A program made the translations under genes and the position numbers. Shown here one piece after another: positions 60,801-64,000 of a stretch of 64,000 nucleotides of DNA. Each line of letters opens with the position of its first letter. The first letter of the stretch is position 1. The notes under the pieces are model-generated. The model had not been told where the DNA came from. It ran no database searches and worked only from the letters and a program-made list of their open reading frames with translations. Source of the DNA: Azolla caroliniana (lineage: Eukaryota > Plantae > Polypodiophyta); the NCBI GenBank assembly GCA_043228905.1, contig JBHGNT010000015.1, forward strand, positions 7,254,001 through 7,318,000. Reading direction: 5' to 3'.

Positions 60801-61504
60801 CAAAAGAAGCAAGTAGGCCTCCCCCTTGACTTTGACCGTGTCCCCGACTTCTCCCGGTTCTGCGGACTACAGTTTCTCTGTCTTCCGCGTTCCGATTCGG
60901 TAAGAAGCGCTTTGGAGTCGGAGCTCGTATCTTTGTCTTTCCGACGCGCCTCCTCATCTAGCAGGCTTGACTTTACTCTTGCTAGGGATAACCGTTTTCC
61001 TTCCGGCCCGGCGTTGCCCAAAGTGACAACCAACATCTCCCAGCTATCCGGGAGGGAACCGAGCAGGAGTAACGCTAATACCTCATCGGCAAGGGGTACT
61101 TCCAATGACGTTGCCTGGTGTATCAGCCCATGGAAGGCATTCATATGCTCCGCCATGCTGGAGCCATCTTGGTACCGGAGTCTTACTAGCTTCCGGAATA
61201 CCGACACCTGATTGACAGCATTTTTATTCTGGAACATTATGCCGATCTTCTCCCAGAGCTCATGAGCCTTGCTCTCTTCATTGAAGTTGTTGTATAGGCT
61301 CATGTCGATGAAGCACCGTATGTACGCCGTTGTCTTCATGTGCATCACCTCCCATATCGCGGCGTCGATTTTGTCCGGTCTCTTGTCCCCGAACTGAACC
61401 GGCAGCCAGAGGTCTTTAACCACGAGCATGTCCCTCATCTTCGACTTCCACACTGAGTAGTTGGAGCCGGTGAGCTTGAACATGCCGCCAAACGATTCGT
61501 CCAT
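54820..61504 (-). pseudogene. Cop2 rearranged gag-pol: gag*-PR-IN-RT' / 'gag*-PR-IN-RT(del)-RH
   Basis: ORFs at 60587-61504, 57626-60586, 55385-57625 and 54691-55263. YVDDMLI motif appears twice. The 3' end of the RH frame is approximate. Confidence 0.9.
55444..61230 (-). repeat. Near-identical direct repeat, 55444-58269 and 58405-61230 (offset 2961)
   Basis: Identical translated ORFs in the track. Breakpoints read by eye. Confidence 0.95.
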
Positions 61505-62479
61505 TTTCTGTGTCGATTTTGCTCTGATACCACTTGACGGGAATCCAACGCCCCTTATGCCCTAAGCTCGGCCACAACCGAGCTTCTTTTCATGCACAGA
61601 AAAAAACAGGTAATGAAACACGACACAGAGAAGAGAAATGGTACACAGGAGGTTAACATGGAAAGCCCCAAACTAGGGGAAAAAACCACGGCAGCCCACA
61701 GGCTGCAAACTGTCACTATGTATGAATGTACATATCAGTGAGTACTCGGAGGCAACGACCTCGGACTCACGATCTTCGCTACAGGCGGCGGTTACAACAA
61801 AGGCAACGACCTTGTCTCTCTCTCTCTCTCTCTGTACAGTTATGCCCTCTCTCTTTTCTTGCATCAACAAGAGAATGACAACAACAACATATTAGTTTGC
61901 CCTAAGTCATATTTATACTAATATGACTTTTCGGCTATTTACAAATATAGCCACCATGGGCTCTCAGAAACATATTTACGAATATGTCTCTTCCTCCGGT
62001 TTGTACCGGGCCTGCACCATCCGACTCTCCATAGCCAGGTACTCCTCATCCGGTTTATACCGGGCCTGCACCATCCGGCTCTCCATAGCTGGGTACTCCT
62101 CATCCGGTTTATACCGGGCCTGCACCATCCGGCTCTCCGTAGCCGGGTACTCCTCATACCGTTTCGGCCTCGGCCGAGTTTGTTCGTCGGCACTGTTCTT
62201 CTCCCTTCCCATCCGGAGGGACCTGCCTCCCAACAAGAGGATGGGCACGACTATTAAAAGGAGTTTATGCATGCACAAACTTTAAGATCAAGAACACGCG
62301 GCACCAAGATGACACACAGGACAACAAACCCTAGAACACAAAACGAGAAAAACAAACGGTTTTCTGCACATTATAGAAAACAGTCTTCACCCTTCATCTC
62401 TCTTCGCTCTTCTCGCTCACCCACCATAGCTTGCAAGCTTCACCCAGTTCTCACGAGCCCCATCCAACCACGATGCCTA

Positions 62480-64000
62480 TCACTATCTTTGCAGCTTTAC
62501 ACAGATGGCTCTTGCAAAAGGGTTTTGAGGGTTATCAACGTCGCTGAGGCACCAACACATCCAGACGCTCTCGAAATTGCCAAAAAGCTCAACGTGGATA
62601 GTATGACAAACGCCACCATTCGGAAGAAATTAGACATTCCCCCTCCTGAAACCCTAGGGAGTATTCCATATCCACCAAGGCATACAGAACGAAAGACATC
62701 TTGAACCCATTCTTTCGGGAAATAGCCAAGTTTTTACTTGAGGTCAGTTGCGTGCACGTTACCGCATAGGGGATGCCAAAACAGAAGGCAAGTATCATCA
62801 TTAATACCTTCGAGGGGCGCACAGTAGATTGGGGCGTAATTACGGGACCAATGCTACGAGAGGGCTTGCACGCATACCAGGCCGGAAAAAAGCTAAGGCC
62901 AATTATACAACAGTACCTTACGATACTATTTCCACCTCGAGGTCTGTCCGCACCACAGTCTAGTAAACCTACGCTGCCGCCACGATCCGCAAAACGGCGA
63001 TTGGCAGAACTGGCAAACACAGAATGGGAGGAACCACAACCTTCCCATCCCATAATGCAAACAACGCAGCTGGAACAACCAGCAAGGGTAGAAGAAGCCA
63101 CGAATGAGCAACAAACGGAACAACACCAAGAAAGTCTGAGGCCAAATGGATGTACATTGGACCGAAAGGATGGTTGCAAACTGATCAAAGACACAACCGG
63201 CCCGGTCGACACTTCCGCCCCTACGGAGCCCGTAACTACATTAGAGATCATCCGGGAACTACGGCCGATCATTACGGCTCAGTCACAACGTGGAAAAGGA
63301 GTGCTCACGGCAGAAAGCGAGGTTTTGAAGAACTTACAAACCCATTGAATTTTTAGCGACGCAACAAATGAAGGTATCCCAGAGAATGGCGGAGGAAAGG
63401 AACAACAAATGATTGAGCATGCGCTCACATGAACAGCAGAAAGTTAAGATGACGCGCCCCTCGCCAAGGTGGGCAGGCAACGGAACGCGGGGATTCGTCA
63501 TATGGGCATTGAATTACCCCATTGAATACGGCCCTCGTCGAAACGCATAGGGAATTGCTCAAGTTAGTATGGGCGCCAAGGACATGGCGATCAAAAATAA
63601 AAATGTCTAGAAAACAGTCAAGCAGACCCAAGCCTAACTACAGAAGGCTGAAGAGCGCATCGCGGAGTTAGAACGCAACACGACTACGATGAAATTAAAA
63701 ATGGCGTTGGACAAAGGTTGGATGGCGTGGGCAACGCAAGCAGTGGAATTGCATACCTACCGGGCGGATTGGGAGAACCGACGAAAAGAAGGTGGAGGCT
63801 TCTACAAGCTCAATGAAGAAAGCATCGCAACATTACCAAAGGACCTCACACAAGATTATGGCACGCTAGCAGACCAGCACTCCGAGGAACTCGCGCAGCT
63901 GTTGGAAGATGTCGAGGAAAGTCAGGAAGATATTTTTCACCGAATAATGGAGATCAACAACACACAGCAAGGGGTGGAGCCAATTGCGATACCGGATAGA
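62480..64000 (+). pseudogene. Element D accessory ORF3, decayed
   Basis: AEAPTHPDALEIAKKLNVD, NTFEGRTVDWGVI and WATQAVEL...FYKLNEESI match segments of A ORF3. Confidence 0.78.

Larger units (their letters stand above)
54049..62235 (-). mobile_element. Cop2: full-length Ty1/copia (Tnt1/Tork-like) with an internal tandem duplication
   Basis: LTRs at 54049-54801 and 61535-62235. TSD AGAGG. iMet PBS at 61521-61532. PPT at 54802-54813. Domain order gag-PR-IN-RT-RH. Confidence 0.96.
51028..64000 (+). mobile_element. Element D: A-family Gypsy, decayed; interrupted by F and Cop2; runs off the right edge
   Basis: 5' LTR at 51028-51470 (tgttg...ggtaaca). PBS tggcatgcctggtg at 51475. gag start, RH-IN remnant at 52829-53960, and ORF3 at ~62480-64000. 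Confidence 0.86.

Overview
There are no host genes here. The window is a deeply nested transposon cluster, typical of heterochromatin in a plant. The Tcn1-like chromovirus and the non-chromovirus Gypsy types suggest a seed-free plant (inference). Left to right: (1) Cop1, a partial Copia (-, 1-2037), sits inside Gypsy A (+, 2038-19776). (2) A carries Gypsy B (+, 4767-~13694), and B's 5' LTR holds solo LTR S (5346-5995). (3) A non-autonomous CACTA (19777-21806) sits exactly on A's 3' terminus. (4) Gypsy C (-, 21810-26814) is in A's family. (5) H is a gag-only LTR-internal-LTR-internal tandem (+, 26815-~48895) that hosts Gypsy E (-, 27035-34053) and chromovirus T (-, 36750-42361). (6) Cop3 is a Copia remnant (-, ~49651-51027). 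(7) Gypsy D (+, 51028->64000, A family) hosts LTR fragment F (52024-~52828) and Copia Cop2 (-, 54049-62235), which has a 2961-bp internal duplication. The best leads are five. First, element A has a tRNA-Arg 3'-end copy (an inverted PBS ending in CCA) where the polypurine tract should be. Second, a TGTCG..CGACA Gypsy lineage shows tRNA-Trp priming, 4-bp CpG-centred target sites, and a gag-protease/pol -1 frameshift with a covarying pseudoknot. Third, young chromovirus T shows Tf1-type self-priming, a heat-shock-element array and a -1 frameshift pseudoknot. Fourth, two unrelated LTR families carry antisense tRNA-like A/B boxes in U3. Fifth, family A/C/D carries a conserved ~930-codon accessory ORF. 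All coordinates and comparisons were made by eye.
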